Positions 1 to 13,209 of a stretch of DNA of 64,000 nt are shown piece after piece. How positions within the stretch are numbered: the first letter of the stretch is position 1; every line of letters begins with the position of its first letter. The notes beneath the pieces were generated by a model. That model had not been told where the DNA came from. It did not search any database and was given only the letters and a program-made list of their open reading frames with translations. A program made the translations under genes and the position numbers. Origin of the DNA: Laetmonice hystrix (taxonomy: Eukaryota); assembly GCA_965235115.1 (NCBI GenBank), contig OZ249436.1, positions 22,942,001 through 23,006,000 on the forward strand, given 5' to 3'.

Positions 1-2016
1 CTGATAATACTGGCGGATGATATCGCAAATTAAAATCTAGATCTTCTCATGGAACTCAATACACATCAACTTTATTCTAACGAATTAATGCAATATTGCA
101 CATTATCACAGCGGATCAGCCTTTGTTCAAGTCGCCATACTCGTACTTCTAATGCGTTTCTCCTGTAGAACACTGGCTGTCTGTGCCGATGGCGTGCTGC
201 CTATCTCTGACCAGGCAAGCAGGTGATTTGCACAGGTGGCAGGCCAGTGTCCACGGCTGCTCACCTGACGAAGTAATATTACCGAAACGATTATATCTTT
301 GCAGGCTCCGACAAATCTCGGCTGGATAAACTGTCTCGTTAAATATTTCATTGCCTTAGATTATCCATCAAACACGGTTACCAGGTGAGGTCAGACGGCA
401 TGCGTTGGGGTGTTGGTGGGAGGGAAGACACTGAAGGTACCAGCACCTCAAGCCCATATTCTCCATCCCTGTGCCGTCTATAAAAGGCCGCGCGTCACCC
501 GCCCAGGGCTCCAGGCTGGACCAGCGTGACCTTTCTGAGGCATTCTCGTCCCACAATCCATGCCTCCCCGGGCAGAGCTCTCATCATGCTGCCTTTATCC
601 TTCACGAGAAACAATTACATGTACAAGGCAATAACAGACAGCGGTTACCACGGTACACATAAAGGCACCCATTACGTGTGGACTGGAGCGAGGGCAAAAA
701 AACATGGGGAGAGGCCTGGAGACGTGACCTTTGAAAAATAAAAGCTTTCAGGCAATGTTTATGGAAAGATCCTGATAATAACACTGAGCAAAGGATTTTA
801 ATGAAAACACTTTAACACTTTTTTTCTGCCCCTCTTCCACGAAAGGAAAAGAAAATAAATAGATGAAGTAAATAGTATTAAAGAACGATTCTTTTTTGAC
901 TGTGAGGGTCAAAGCCAATTTTTAAAAAACCTCAAATGATTCACATGGACAGGAAATCAGATGAACCACCCACGTGTGTTAACAATGTATTAAAGGCCGG
1001 GATTCCCTATCACCCGGTAACCTTGACCTCAGCTGACCCTGCTCCACTGGTTCAGGCCAGCAGTGGGCAGGGCTGCATTGAGCTAACCTACACAGGAGGC
1101 ACGGGGACGGCTTTTATAGTCTGGGCCGGTCTTTAAGTGACGACCTCTGTGATGGGCATTAAATCCTTACAGTGGGAGGAACAGTTCTAAATGTAGGTGG
1201 CATTGTGGTATATTTATATATTAACCCATTCCAGATTTCACTCAATGTTCTCTGTATGCCATTAGATAGAACAAAATAATTACTGGTTAGAACCCTGTAA
1301 TTCTAAGGTTGCAAATGATTAGAGTCTATGCATGCAGTAGCTAAGTGCGTCATCAGCTGAAGAGTAACTGAAGTTATTTCTGAGGCAGTCTGTTTTTTCT
1401 GCCTCTGAAGCTTTGCTAACCAGTGCAGATTTTTATGTGCATAAACGGAGGCATTTCACTAACGTTGATTTTCGCTTACACTGTCGCCAATCTGGCGATA
1501 TGGTCAGTCAAAATGTGTTTCATTGAGAACTCTCACCAATATTCTCAAAACCAAATCTGCGATTTTGCTCGCAAAACGTCGGAGCCTGTCCCACTGTCGT
1601 CAGATCTGGTCAACATCTTACTTACATACTGTTTATTACAGTAACTGGACTCTTTAACTCATCGGTACTCATGAAATGAATAGAGAAGCTCGTGCAATAA
1701 TTAAATTTCACGCGGTTAGCGTTTGTTGTCTGACTCTGTTTACGTCCTTGATTTTGACGTCAGATCCCTGACGTTGGCGACGGTGTTCGTGAAACGGTCC
1801 AAGAAAACCTTCGCCACGGTCGCCAGTTTTGACAAAACATTTATTCCCCAAATTCCGCGATCGTCAATCTTATGAATCTTCTGAATGGGGCCTGAGGTAA
1901 GTGTAATTTTCTCCGTGAATATTTAAGGCAGCGCTCTTCACTAACCGTTACTTCAACATCTCGGACAGAGACCGCTACCAATCCCCCAAATTCATATGCT
2001 ACTCTAGCGACTGGCA

Positions 2017-2308
2017 CCGGTGTCCCAATTTCAGATTACCCCCCTATCAGATTACCGGGGGATAACCTGAAGCTAGCTTCAAATTACCCCCCGGTAATCT
2101 GAAGTTGGTTTCAAAAAGCCCCTCGGTTAGGGTTAAGGTAAGTTTAGGATTAGGTCTATTTGAATTAACGCGCTAAACATTTTTTATCCGAAGTTTATTT
2201 TTGTAACTTGAAACTGGGGGAAGGGAGGTAATTTAAAGCTAGCTTCAGATTACCGGGGGGTAACTTCAATGGGGGGGGGGGGGGGGTAATCTGAAACTGT
2301 TAGGCCGG
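2017..2308. mobile_element. Palindromic MITE-like element (CCGG termini, internal TTAGGG-like patch)
   Basis: Left arm tttcagattacc...gaagctagcttcaaattacc is inverted against right arm ggtaatttaaagctagcttcag...ggtaatctgaaa; both ends are ccgg. Confidence 0.55.
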
Positions 2309-2922
2309 CTAGTGTAGTTATAGTATCGCAGGCGGCAATAGTGGGCGCTACTCGGCCAACACATTACTATGACACTGAGCAGCGCTAGATATAGCGTGAT
2401 GTTTTAGGGGTCAGCAGACTCCCAAGTTGAAAGCAGGGCCGTGCGCAGTATCTTTTGAGGGGAGGGGGTTACACTTGGTTTGGGGGAAGCCATGCCAAGG
2501 GGGGACTCCCGGTTTTTAGTTTGCAAACAGAGTCTTAAGATTCACATCACAGGATTGTAGGTAGGAACAAGCTTGTTCATGCTGAACACCCTTATAGTGA
2601 TAGTTTGAACTTTTCTATGGCCTTTAAGATTGTTAAAAAGACGAACTAAAAACCGGGCCCCAGGGGTTCAGGGGGCATGCCGGGAAAAAATTAAAGTGTA
2701 AATTGGTGGCATTTGGTGCACCTTACAGCACAAAATAAGGTTTGAAATGACACGTCAAAAAGATCATTTTTCAAGCCTTTATATAGGCCTACTTGATTTT
2801 GGAGGGGGACCCCCCCCCCCCTTGCGCAGGGCCCTGGTCCACCAAAATTGTGGGAGTCTACTAGCCTATACAGTATACAACGCGAACGGATGTAAAAAAG
2901 AACCAATTAAAGGCTGTGTTAA

Positions 2923-3167
2923 AGGTCACGAAAAAGTTCAAACTATATATAATATAAATAAGGGTGTTCAGCATGAACAAGCTTGTTCCTACCTACAATC
3001 CTGTGATGGTCTGATCTTTAATAAAGGAATAATCAACTGAAATATAGCTAGACATTCTCCCGCTGGCTTCGTCTGCTTGTCTGCACTACTTGTCCACTAA
3101 TTGTGCGATCTTCACATGGTGTTACTAGTGTTCAAATGCACGTTAGTGAGGAACTTTGTCTGTAGCT
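2923..3167 (+). mobile_element. Kolobok-like non-autonomous element (TTAA TSD); an inverted partial copy lies at about 2536-2627
   Basis: TTAA at 2919-2922 and 3168-3171 with AG..CT termini and imperfect TIRs. The body (gggtgttcagcatgaacaagcttgttc...gacattctcccgctggcttcgtc) recurs at 52520-53000. Confidence 0.7.
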
Positions 3168-3835
3168 TTAAACGCCACAATAGTTTGGCATAAACAAGCC
3201 ACCACGGCAGGGGTAAGTCAGTCTTGTGACCCCTCATGGGAAGCAGAAAGTCGGTTCACCGAGACTGGGGGTATATCGCCCATGATAACTTAAACCCCAC
3301 GAAATTTGGTGGAAAGTAAAGATCCATGGCCCTGACCTAACCCCTAACCCCAGTCCCCACACCTCCCAAAAACATATCCCTATCCTATCCCTATCCTTGA
3401 CCTTAGCCCTAACCCCAGCCCAAACATTTCGTGAAAAGTTATCATGGGGGAAGAACCAGACTGGGCGATCGTCACCTGGTCCTGAGTTAAAATCTGCATC
3501 AATCTGTGTGTAAATAAATATCTGGGCGACAGTCGGGTGGCTACCAGGAGTCCGTCACGATTTTTGGGATGATCCGTAGCGCACTGTTAAAAGTTACGGC
3601 TGACTTAAGCCCCGTCACACTTTCCACGGCATGATCCGTGGTCCGATCCGGCGTGATCCGGGATGTTCCGTAGCTACCCGTGGCAACCCGTACCGATCCG
3701 TAGCAGCCTTTCGATCCGTGGAAATGTTTTGAACATGTTCAAAACTTTTTTCGATTTCAACCACGGATAAAAACCCCGTAGCAGACACGTAGTAATACCC
3801 GTAGACGATACGTAGCAACCCTTAGTGAACACTTA

Positions 3836-5846
3836 AGGTGCTCTCACACTAGAGCTACGGCGCTACTACGACTACTACGGTAATGGTCCACTACGGTTTT
3901 TACTACGATGTGCCATGGTACGATATACTACGTTTATACTACGGTGCTACTACGATGTAGTACGGTCCTTCTAAGGTCCTACTACGGACCAACTACTACG
4001 GTTTAGTACGAATTACTACGGTAGGGTACGATTAGCTGCGTTTCAATACGTTCTAATACGCACTACTACGTATCTACTACGTATCTACTACGTATCTACT
4101 ACGGTTGATCGGAAGTGGCGCGTGCTAATTGGCGCCAACTTTCACCTTTTATTGGCGCCAACTTTCACTTGTTTCAGTCATGGCTGACTTGCCAACACTC
4201 CCACCGCTATCCTACTGCAGCGTCGTTTGCAGAGGGCACGGAAACGCCGGATAGAGGGCTTCTGGGTCCGATATTGGCTGCATGCTCAGAAGGCCAGGTT
4301 TTGGTCTTTATGAGCACCTTATTCCCGAGCTGGCTCATGAAGACAGGGCAGGTTTCCGAAACTTTTTGCGAGTAGAGCCTGAGTAGTGGGCGGCGTGGGT
4401 GGGTGCCCCCTAGCTTTTGCAGTGGCGTAGGAAAAGGGGGGGCGGGGGGATGGCCCCTTCAATGAAAAAGTTGGGGGGCCAGAGTATGCTTTGCCCCCCT
4501 CCCCAATATTAAGGTTGTGGGCCAATTAATATTATGTAGCATTTTCATACCTTTTTTCCAAAGTAATAAAATTTAAAATTGTGGAAAGAAAATCATATAT
4601 ATATGCACACACTAATACTGACAAACTTCCCCCCCCCCATTGCGAAAAGCTTCCTACGCCTCTGTTTTGCCGATTTTATCATTTTAAAATGGGTGCAGAA
4701 GATGGGCAAATAGCACCGGCATGATAGACCTAACCGAACGGCCTACAGTTTAATTACTAAAAGCAACGTTGGCTAGACTAAATATCATCGTAGGCCTAAT
4801 TAAAACTTCATTATAGGGCCTACATAATCTCCCATATATATTCGTTCATATTTCGCCACTTATTATAGTTGGCCTACTTTTTATATAGATCTATGGCTAT
4901 GATATTTCCGAAATTTGTTAACCCTTTCAGTACGGAATTTCCATAATTCAATTCAGTGAACGAAATTTAGGCCCTATTTAATTTTTAGAAGTCTCATTTT
5001 ATTTTCTTCTGCCTACATCTATAGGCCTACATTTACACTCAAAGGATCACAATGCTATTTTCCGTTCCGCTTGTTAGACATGTTAGCCTATGTAAAACGC
5101 CTCTGGTGACTTTAAAAATTGTTTTTTTAAAGAACCAAATTCGCTTGGGCCGTTGCAGCGTCACGAATGTCTTTGTACCTCAGCTCAGATTCGTCGTAAC
5201 AAACCGTACTAAGACATAGTAACTCCGTAGTAAAACGTTGTAATACCGTAACAACATTGGAATTCCGTAGCAGTCTGTAGTGGAGCGTAATAGTTTCGTA
5301 GTAGAACCGTGCAAATGTCGCAATGCGTTCGTACCAATACCGTAGTAACCTCGTAGCAGGTCCGTACCAAACCGTAGCGTAACCGGGTGGAAATGGGGTG
5401 TGATCGTAGTAGACCCTAGCAGTCCGTAGAAAATCGTCACATGACGTAGTACACCGTAGTACACCGTAGTACAGCGTAGTAAACGTGAAACAACGTAGTA
5501 GAACGTAACACACTACGGTATTGTCACGGTTTACTACGACTTTACTACGTTTTGGTACGGTTTACTACGACTTTGGTACGGTTTTACTACGGTGCGCATT
5601 TTTGCTACGGATTGCTACGGATTTGGAAAAAATTTTGTGCATGCACAAAAACTTTTTGGGTTCTGCCACGGTTTCCCCTTACTACGGTAAGATGGTACGG
5701 TCTTACTACGTTCCTACTACGTTCCTACTACGATTACTACGGTCCTACTACGACATTACTACGACTACTACGGTAAAGTACGGTATACTACGAACTCTAA
5801 ACCGTACCATACCGTATCGCTCCGTAGCGCTAGTGTGAGAGCACCT
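3836..5846. mobile_element. PIF/Harbinger-like non-autonomous element nested in a related element
   Basis: Perfect 17-bp TIR aggtgctctcacactag / ctagtgtgagagcacct, 3-bp TSD TTA (3833-3835; 5847-5849), dense actacg/cgtagt subterminal repeats, and palindrome ttttgtgcatgcacaaaa at about 5633-5650. Confidence 0.85.
4420..4664. mobile_element. hAT-like MITE with 5-bp TSD, nested in the Harbinger-like element
   Basis: TIR cagtggcgtaggaa / ttcctacgcctctg; TSD ttttg at 4415-4419 and 4665-4669. Confidence 0.75.
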
Positions 5847-7439
5847 TTAGCGCTTCTCTAGTAAGCCGTGATCACGTGATCGGTGACGGACCCACTACGG
5901 GTTGTTAGGTATCCTTCTCGGGTTGGTACGTATAAGTAAGTATTGGTACGTATAGGAACGGATCACACCAAGTATTGGTACGTATCCACTACGGCTTGTT
6001 ACGGGTTGATACGGCGTGCTACGGGTAGTACGTATTGTGACGGGTTGGTAGGTCTATGGCTTGCTGCGGATTGCCAACGCGTGGGTCACGTGGTGAGGCT
6101 TGCCTATATATTGGGGAGTACCCCAACCTGTGCAATCCGTAATAACCCGTCGGAGAAAGCCGCGTGTAGTGGAACCGCATCAACCCGTAAGAGATAGTAA
6201 GTAAGCCATAGCTATCCGTAAGTTATCCATACCTATACGGAGTAGACCCGGGAAGCTATCCGTAACAATCCTTCACAACCCGTAACAATGTCATAGTCAA
6301 TGTCATAGTCATAATTAGGACCAGGGGGTCCAAATTCTATAATAGATATTGTACCCCCAGTACAGATTCTATGGTTACCATTTTCCATATCACACCGGCA
6401 CCCCACTGACTGTCTATGGGATTCACCAACACCATGGCATGGGCCATGGCATCAGCTTGTCAGAGACAGAGTAGAGACTAGAGCGGCGACCCGACGAATA
6501 CAATTTATGAAAAAAGCACAGTATATACATGTAGTTGCATCCGAAAATGAAATAAAGTTCTTCATTCTCGAGTCAAGGCGTGGAAAATGCATAGTTGAAG
6601 CTTTGGGAGCAAATGACGTTAAATAGCCTCGAGCCAGCTCACGATAGCACCGAAAGCGCGCCAAGCGATTGTGACGTCAAAAAGTTTCCCATAGGATTAA
6701 CATTGACAGGGCCGACAGGTTCACAAAAACCAACCTGTATATTCACAATCTAACTTTCTAAACTATAAAACAAACTTTATCCTAGAGTAAACATCCCGGT
6801 AATCATGTATTGTAACGCTCAACATTAACAGCGACTTGACTGCAGAAGGAAAATATTTTAAAGTTGACTTGTCACTGTTCCCTATGGCCATCCCAATGTT
6901 GAACCAGCGAGGCTATCTGCTCCTTGTCCCGGTAACGCGAAATCTCTTGAATTCTCGTGACATACTCGCCCTATAGCACGACGTCGACGGTAAGGTGGCG
7001 TTCTCACCTCAAACATTAGGCCCTTTGTCATATACTACTCGCAGTTACACTCGGCAACATCTGAAAATTTCTAAGTCCAGCCAGGGTTTCTGTAGTTTAG
7101 AGAAAAACTACAGAATTTAAACTTACATGAATTAAAGATTTTGATACAATGAGTCATATAAAACCAAAATCTCAGAAATGCTGGAGCCGTTTTTTGAGAA
7201 ATGGGCGATGATGTGCTAAAAGTGTCCATTTTCGCCCAAAAAATGGTAAAAAAATTAAAATGTTGAAAATCGGGAAAACGGTCCTAGAGAATGCCCTAAG
7301 AAATAACTATTTTCAGAAAAAATGTTGAATACTTATGGAGATCTAGCTGCTAACGGATGGACGACGGATGGACGGACGACAGACGCTACCCCGCTTATAG
7401 CTTATCAGCCCAAAGGGCTGGTAAGCTAAAAAGACGATC

Positions 7440-7630
7440 ACAAATTTCATCACCTACTGCCAGACACAATAAAAGTGCAAATCAAAATCTAAGGTCGTGC
7501 AATGAATACACTTTTATCAGGTGTCGTACTGGTGGGTATCAGAATTCCTTCATCCGCTTCATCCCATGGTGTCTGACTTTTATGGTTGCTAATAAACATG
7601 TTTCTTATCTTATCTTATCTTATCTTATTT
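7440..7630 (+). mobile_element. 3' end remnant of a CR1/L2-like LINE
   Basis: Translation NLRSCNEYTFIRCRTGGYQNSFI..PWCL resembles CR1/L2-group ORF2 C-termini, and is followed by AATAAA and a (TCTTA)n tail. Confidence 0.55.
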
Positions 7631-8527
7631 CTATATATCAAACATCCAACCACCCAAATACATTTCTCTCTGGAAAAGTTAGTCCTTTAACACTTCCCTA
7701 TTAAGTATTTAGTCTACATGTTTCACACGGCCCCTTTCAATGCCTTCCTCTCGTATATTAAACTCTTCCTTCCGATGTTTCGATCCTCAACTTTCCCCCT
7801 CATCATGTTTATCAACCTCTCAATGAATACCCGACGGCATCGGCTAAACGTTATAAATGCGGAGTTCAAGAGTAAAAATCAGCTATATGGTTTGAGCTCA
7901 ACTATAATGTGCACGCTTAAAATTGGATGTACATAGAAATTAAATAGTACTGTTCTCTTTATATTTTAAACGAGACCCCGTCGGAGCCACAACCAACTGG
8001 TAGGAGCTAATTATCTGTGGGTCTCGGAACTACTAGGAACTACCAGTATGCGAACTTTGTATTTTTGAGTAAATCTTTGATACATGACTCACAATTTCTA
8101 AAGAAACTTCACATGTTTTCATCCATCATTTGCAGCAAGTGGTTATCTTGAAGTGTTTTTCTAGATAGAAATCGTCGAAAATGACCTTGTTTGCTGATAA
8201 CGTTATCTTGAACAACAATATTTAACATGAACACAAAATTTAGTTTGCCACAACTAAAGCTACCCGCCATTCAATGGTATGCCAGAGTTGGGGCAGGCCG
8301 CAAACAGTTGCTATGCCAGAGTTGGTGCAGCCTGTCAGTCAGTTTCCATTACACAGTCGGAGCAGCCTTTCACATTGTTACGCCAAAGCTTGGGTAGCCT
8401 GCCAATCAGTTATGTCAGAGCTGCGACAGCCTACCAGTCAGGTGGTATGTCGGGAGCTGGGACGGCCTGCCATTCAGTTGGTATTGCAAAGCCGGAGCTG
8501 CCTGATAGATGGCTGGAGTAGCTTGCT

Positions 8528-9257
8528 AGTCAGGTGGTATGCCAGGGCTGGGGTGCAGCATGCCAGTCAGGCGGTATGCCAGGGCTGGGGTGCAGCATGC
8601 CAGTCAGGCGGTATGCCAGGGCTGGGGCAGCATGCCAGTCAGGCGGTATGCCAGGGCTGGGGCAGCATGACAGTCAGGCGGTATGCCAGGGCTGGGGTTC
8701 AGCATGCCAGTCAGGCGGTATGCCAGGGCTGGGGCAGCATGACAGTCAGGCGGTATGCCAGGGCTGGGGCAGCATGCCAGTCAGGCGGTATGCCAGGGCT
8801 GGGGCAGCATGACAGTCAGGCGGTATGCCAGGGCTGGGGTGCAGCATGCCAGTCAGGTGGTATGCCAGGGCTGGGGCAGCATGACAGTCAGGTGGTATGC
8901 CAGGGCTGGGGTGCAGCATGCCAGTCAGGCGGTATGCCAGGACTGGGGCAGCATGCCAGTCAGGCGGTATGTCAGGACTGGGGCAGCATGCCAGTCAGGC
9001 GGTATGCCAGGACTGGGGCAGCATGCCAGTCAGGCGGTATGCCAGGGCTGGGGCAGCATGACAGTCAGGCGGTATGCTAGGGCTGGGGCAGCATGCCCGT
9101 CAGGCGGTATGTCAGGGTTGGGGCAGGATGCCAGTCAGGCGGTATGCCAGGGCTGGGGCAGCATGCCAGTCAGGCGGTATGCCAGGGCTGGGGCAGCATG
9201 ACAGTCAGGCGGTATGCCAGGGCTGGGGAGTATGCCAGGGCTAGGGCAGCATGCCAA
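8528..9257. repeat. GC-rich minisatellite, 35-bp unit with 37-bp variants, about 20 copies
   Basis: Unit agtcaggcggtatgccagggctggggcagcatgcc repeats head to tail; degenerate units extend upstream to about 8275. Confidence 0.95.
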
Positions 9258-9984
9258 TTAGTTCGTTTCCCACAGCTGATAAAAGATGCCTACCGGAGCA
9301 GCGCTTGGATGCTCCATTTTTTTACTTTAAATTCTAGAGCTGATCCAGATTGATGTGTTGGTCCTCAAATTATCAAACACTAAGGCTAACCTGAAATACG
9401 CAGTTGGCTGTAGAAGCGATTTATACCTGGACGCCGCCCTCGTTACTTTCACAATGAGGCCATAAAATACGACCAATGACTATTCTCTATTGTGTCACGA
9501 TACCGAACACCTGCCGAAGCGCTTGCCCGAATTGAACACGCGTGAGGCGGTCTCAATCTCAGGCTCAGCACTCATCTCCCACAAAAACACGTACCACACC
9601 CAAGCCCAACCATCACCAACCCCTATCACGACCTCGAACACCTGATTCTTCACCAGGTCGACTATGCAGGCTACCAAAAGAACCACTCCCAAGTCACCTC
9701 CTTCCGGACCACCAACAATTGCCAGAGGAGTCAATATAATCACCCATCCTACACCCAACCATACGATCCCCCAGCTTATACTCTGGCAGTTTGGCGCGCA
9801 TTATTTACTCTTTGGTAAGTTCATGACTGTTCTGGTTACTATGGAGGAGGCCATGGCCAGTGCCTAGCTCGAATATTTTATTTTTATTTTGTATTATCAT
9901 GTTGCTGTATTTTTCTTTCTCCTGATCTCTGTGGGAGAACGTCGCAAGCCGGACATTGTACCAGGTAAATTAAAGAAGAAAAAA

Positions 9985-10330
9985 TATGACTTCCTAACCT
10001 TAGTTTATAGAAACTATATGGTTACCTTGTTCACTTATACTTAATCTGAACACAAAATAAATTGGCACGCTTGTTGCCCCCTCATATGCCTTCTCTTGTT
10101 TGTATCCAAGATCCCCACCAAGCTGCCATTTTGAATGATACCAAAATATGTTTGACCTGTGTCATCCTAAGACCGTCCCTGGCCATTATGTAATCTTTCT
10201 TGTCGTTATCTTAAACTGTTTTGAAGATACAGGCCATTGACAAAAGGTCGCTCAAGGTCACGGAAAACGGCGCCAAATGAAACTTCATATATGAATTCCT
10301 ATCTGTCAAATAGTTAACTATATGAGCCAA
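9985..10330 (+). repeat. Dispersed repeat (HINE-like family); an inverted homologue lies at about 29850-30300
   Basis: 9990-10100 (cttcctaaccttagtttatagaaa...cccctcatatgccttctcttg) is the near reverse complement of 30085-30190; related pieces occur at about 25650-25820. Confidence 0.7.
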
Positions 10331-10743
10331 AACGCTGTTATTGGGGGGCGGGGGGGGGAATAAATAGCCGCCATGTCGCCATACTTGCTCTGAACTGAGG
10401 CTCCCTGCCGCCTTCTGTGACGTAAACCTTTAGCTCATTGCAAGACCTTTGTGCGGCCCGACAGAAGAAAAAACAAGCTAGCGCCTGGGAATCAGTGTAA
10501 AATTTCAGATTACCCCTTCGCATTCAATATGCCCTCCCTCTGGTCATTTGAAATTAACTTCAAGTCCCCCCCTCCCTCCCCCGCCCCTTGTTTCCCTGTA
10601 GTTACCACATGACATGTGACACGTATAGATCACATGACCAACATCCAAGTATAATGCCGTGGCATAGAGCTATATTTTACGTCGTGAAGGTGCACACAGG
10701 TCAAAAACAATAAGCAGGGTCCAAAGGTTGTCATCAGTGCAAC

Positions 10744-11180
10744 TAGGGCTGAAACGATTCATCGATATATCGGTGCATCGCGATGTTTTGTGTCCAATAC
10801 GATACTGTACATCGAAATGTCAAAGTATCGATACAAAACGATATGCCATGAGTCATGACATATCTGGGAATACCTGCAACGAGTGTGCCTTCTGAAAGAG
10901 TGTGCTCAAATGCTGTGGACACTGTTACTGCCCAGCGTTCTGCCTTAATTGCGGAAAATGTTGACAAACTTGTATTCTAAAAGAAAAACCTTAAGGCTAT
11001 GTAAGGATATCAGGCACTGCTTGCCCCCTCTCAGCTATAAAAATGTTTGAAATTTAAACAGATGCGTTTTTTTAAGAACACTTTTAATTTCATTGAGAAA
11101 TATCGTGATACGTATCGTATCGTTTGTCATGTATCATGATACGTATCGTATCGTGACACAAGTGTATCGTTTCAGCCCTA
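10744..11180 (+). mobile_element. Internally deleted hAT transposon retaining the C-terminal dimerisation-domain fragment
   Basis: TIR tagggctgaaacgat / atcgtttcagcccta; 8-bp TSD agtgcaac (10736-10743; 11181-11188). 10861-10980 translates YLGIPATSVPSERVCSNAVDTVTAQRSALIAENVDKLVF*, matching the hAT C-terminal PATSVPSER motif. Confidence 0.92.
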
Positions 11181-12657
11181 AGTGCAACACATAGGGACAG
11201 AGACGCGCGACAGCGACCCTACTATAGGTATGTATGTTCATTAAAAAGAGGAAACGTATTTCATGATCTGTTAGGAATCCAAAACCGCTGTAGTCAACTA
11301 TTTCAACTATTTACCCACTATTATATAGACAACCATTTTCATGATTTTTTATGTTCATTGCAGATCTGCGACAGGAGGCTAGGCTAGCCTCGATTATACT
11401 CTGGGTACTCTGGGCTATCCCAGAATATACTCCGGGGTTAATCGGGGCTAGCGTTGACTCTTTGACCAAGAGTAGAGCCGGGCGAAAATAGGGCATTATT
11501 TAGCAAGTATGCAGTAATATTTTGAGATGCGCGAATTGTTGTGCAGAGCACCAGTTTTACAACGTAGTCAGCCTCCTTATTTTAAGCCACACCGCATGAG
11601 CAGCATCATTTGATGAAGACACCTTCGTTTGCTGTCACTCTGTCCATGCACTGTCAGCCTATCAACGTGACTCTCATCTTTTTATCACCATGAAGACGAA
11701 CCTCCAGTCATCAGAGCCTGTCATCCTAGTACAGCACACAGCTGAGGCAGCTAGCCGGCGGCGGCAGCAGCGGGGACGTACCAAACACCAATTATCACCC
11801 CCTTCTCCCTTCAAAACGACGTGAATTCCTTCTGATCGCCAATCAACCCACCGTCATTCCCTCCAGCCATCCCCGGAAGCCACACATTCAGGTATTGCCC
11901 GTTGAGTATAACCAGAGAAAGGGAAACTGGTCTATTTCCCATCACCTAGTCAACGAAAGGGGTGAAAGCAACAACTGCCACAGCAGAATCGGCATCAATA
12001 TTCATCCGGTTCTGTAACATTTAAGAATCCGTCCCTTCAGAAGCCGTCCCTTGACAGCTTTCAGTGTGCGCACATATACTAGTACAGATAGTGGTTCTGC
12101 ATTCTTTAGTTTGGGCGAAAAAAATCCGTTGATAAAGTTCGCTGACGTGGTATCAATCCAACTAAAACTAACTGTTGGTAAGACTTCACCAAGGAGAATA
12201 CAAGGTAAGAAGATCCTGAGGCAGCATCTGCACGGTGTGCGCCATCCACATTCCCCCATTTCTCCCACGATGTGATGTGATACCTTTGGGTATATCCCGG
12301 GAGGAATGCCACTCATTCTATTCCCAATGATGACCTTTTGGATCCAGCAGTAGCCCCACCAGTCATTGTGAGTGGGTGGTAGAGCAGGGGGTATGGGGTG
12401 TCATTGATAGGCGTCGGGTACGATCACACAATCTTTACAACTATAGAATGACCCAAAGATCACTGCAACGTCAGCGACGAGGGTGACTGTTACAATGCTT
12501 CTCCTCTCACGTGACAAAACGTGTCTCCTTCAAATGTTTCCCTCGCTGGCAATGGCCGCGGAAGCTGGGGCAACTGATGGCCTTCTGTGCTCGATCTCGT
12601 TTTACTGACTGAGGCTGAATTTCGACAGCAGTTACCCAGGGATGAGAGGACGACATA

Positions 12658-13209
12658 CAGTAGTGTGCAAAAATATTAGAACATTGCCATGAACTGGAAA
12701 ACGAAGTCTTATTTCAATGAAATGACTTTTAATGGTGTAGCCATTAAACCATCATATCTTACAAAATGGAACCTTCAGCCATACTGATATTGCATCATGA
12801 ATGTCACAGAGACACCTGCATGACACCTTTTTCAATTTTGGGGGAAAATACTGCATTTCGGAAATGTCGAATAATATCATGTCCAGTCAAATCTCCCTTC
12901 AGATTCATTACGATTGGTGATTTTTGTATAGGTTTCAGGTCAAGTAGTCCTAGGACACCACTCTGGTCATCCTTTGTCCGTAGAAGGTGTGCACTTAAAG
13001 TTAATTTCACTAAGTCCAGACTTCACAGTAACAGCCTGTGTAGCCCAGAAAGCAAGTCAAATACTGATTTGAAGATGGCTAAGGGAAAAACGGAACTCGC
13101 AAATGAGCAGAGGGCCCGAATTTAGGCACCTTCGGATGCTGGGTGGAGTTGCAGAAAGATTGCTGCTGACATAATAAGCCAAGTGTTCTAATATTTCTGC
13201 ACACTACTG
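12658..13209 (+). mobile_element. Tc1/mariner internal-deletion derivative with a transposase N-terminal relic
   Basis: 26-bp TIR cagtagtgtgcaaaaatattagaaca / tgttctaatatttctgcacactactg (1 mismatch) and TA TSD. ATG at 13075 gives MAKGKTELANEQRARI*APSDAGWSCRKIAADI, a Tc1-type HTH start. Confidence 0.88.

Larger units (their letters stand above)
3608..6290. mobile_element. PIF/Harbinger-like non-autonomous element (outer; right end not found), rich in ccgta/tacgg repeats
   Basis: Starts ttaAGCCCCGTCACAC and carries the palindrome ttttgaacatgttcaaaa at about 3727-3744. Similar sequence resumes after the nested element at 5850. Confidence 0.5.

Noticed and set aside
2120..2155. Interstitial telomeric repeats (also at about 3335, 16505, 55560, 61680, 63440)
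   Set aside because: These are short degenerate TTAGGG-like patches, mostly inside MITE-like repeats, and not true arrays.
5127..6197. Y/T/R/L-rich ORFs
   Set aside because: They are artefacts of actacg subterminal repeats in the Harbinger-like elements.
8528..9257. CRISPR-like array (35-37 bp repeats)
   Set aside because: Units are head to tail with no unique spacers, there are no cas genes, and the context is eukaryotic.
8274..9353. 268-aa and overlapping ORFs
   Set aside because: These are translations of the 35-bp minisatellite; the same peptides cycle through all three frames.
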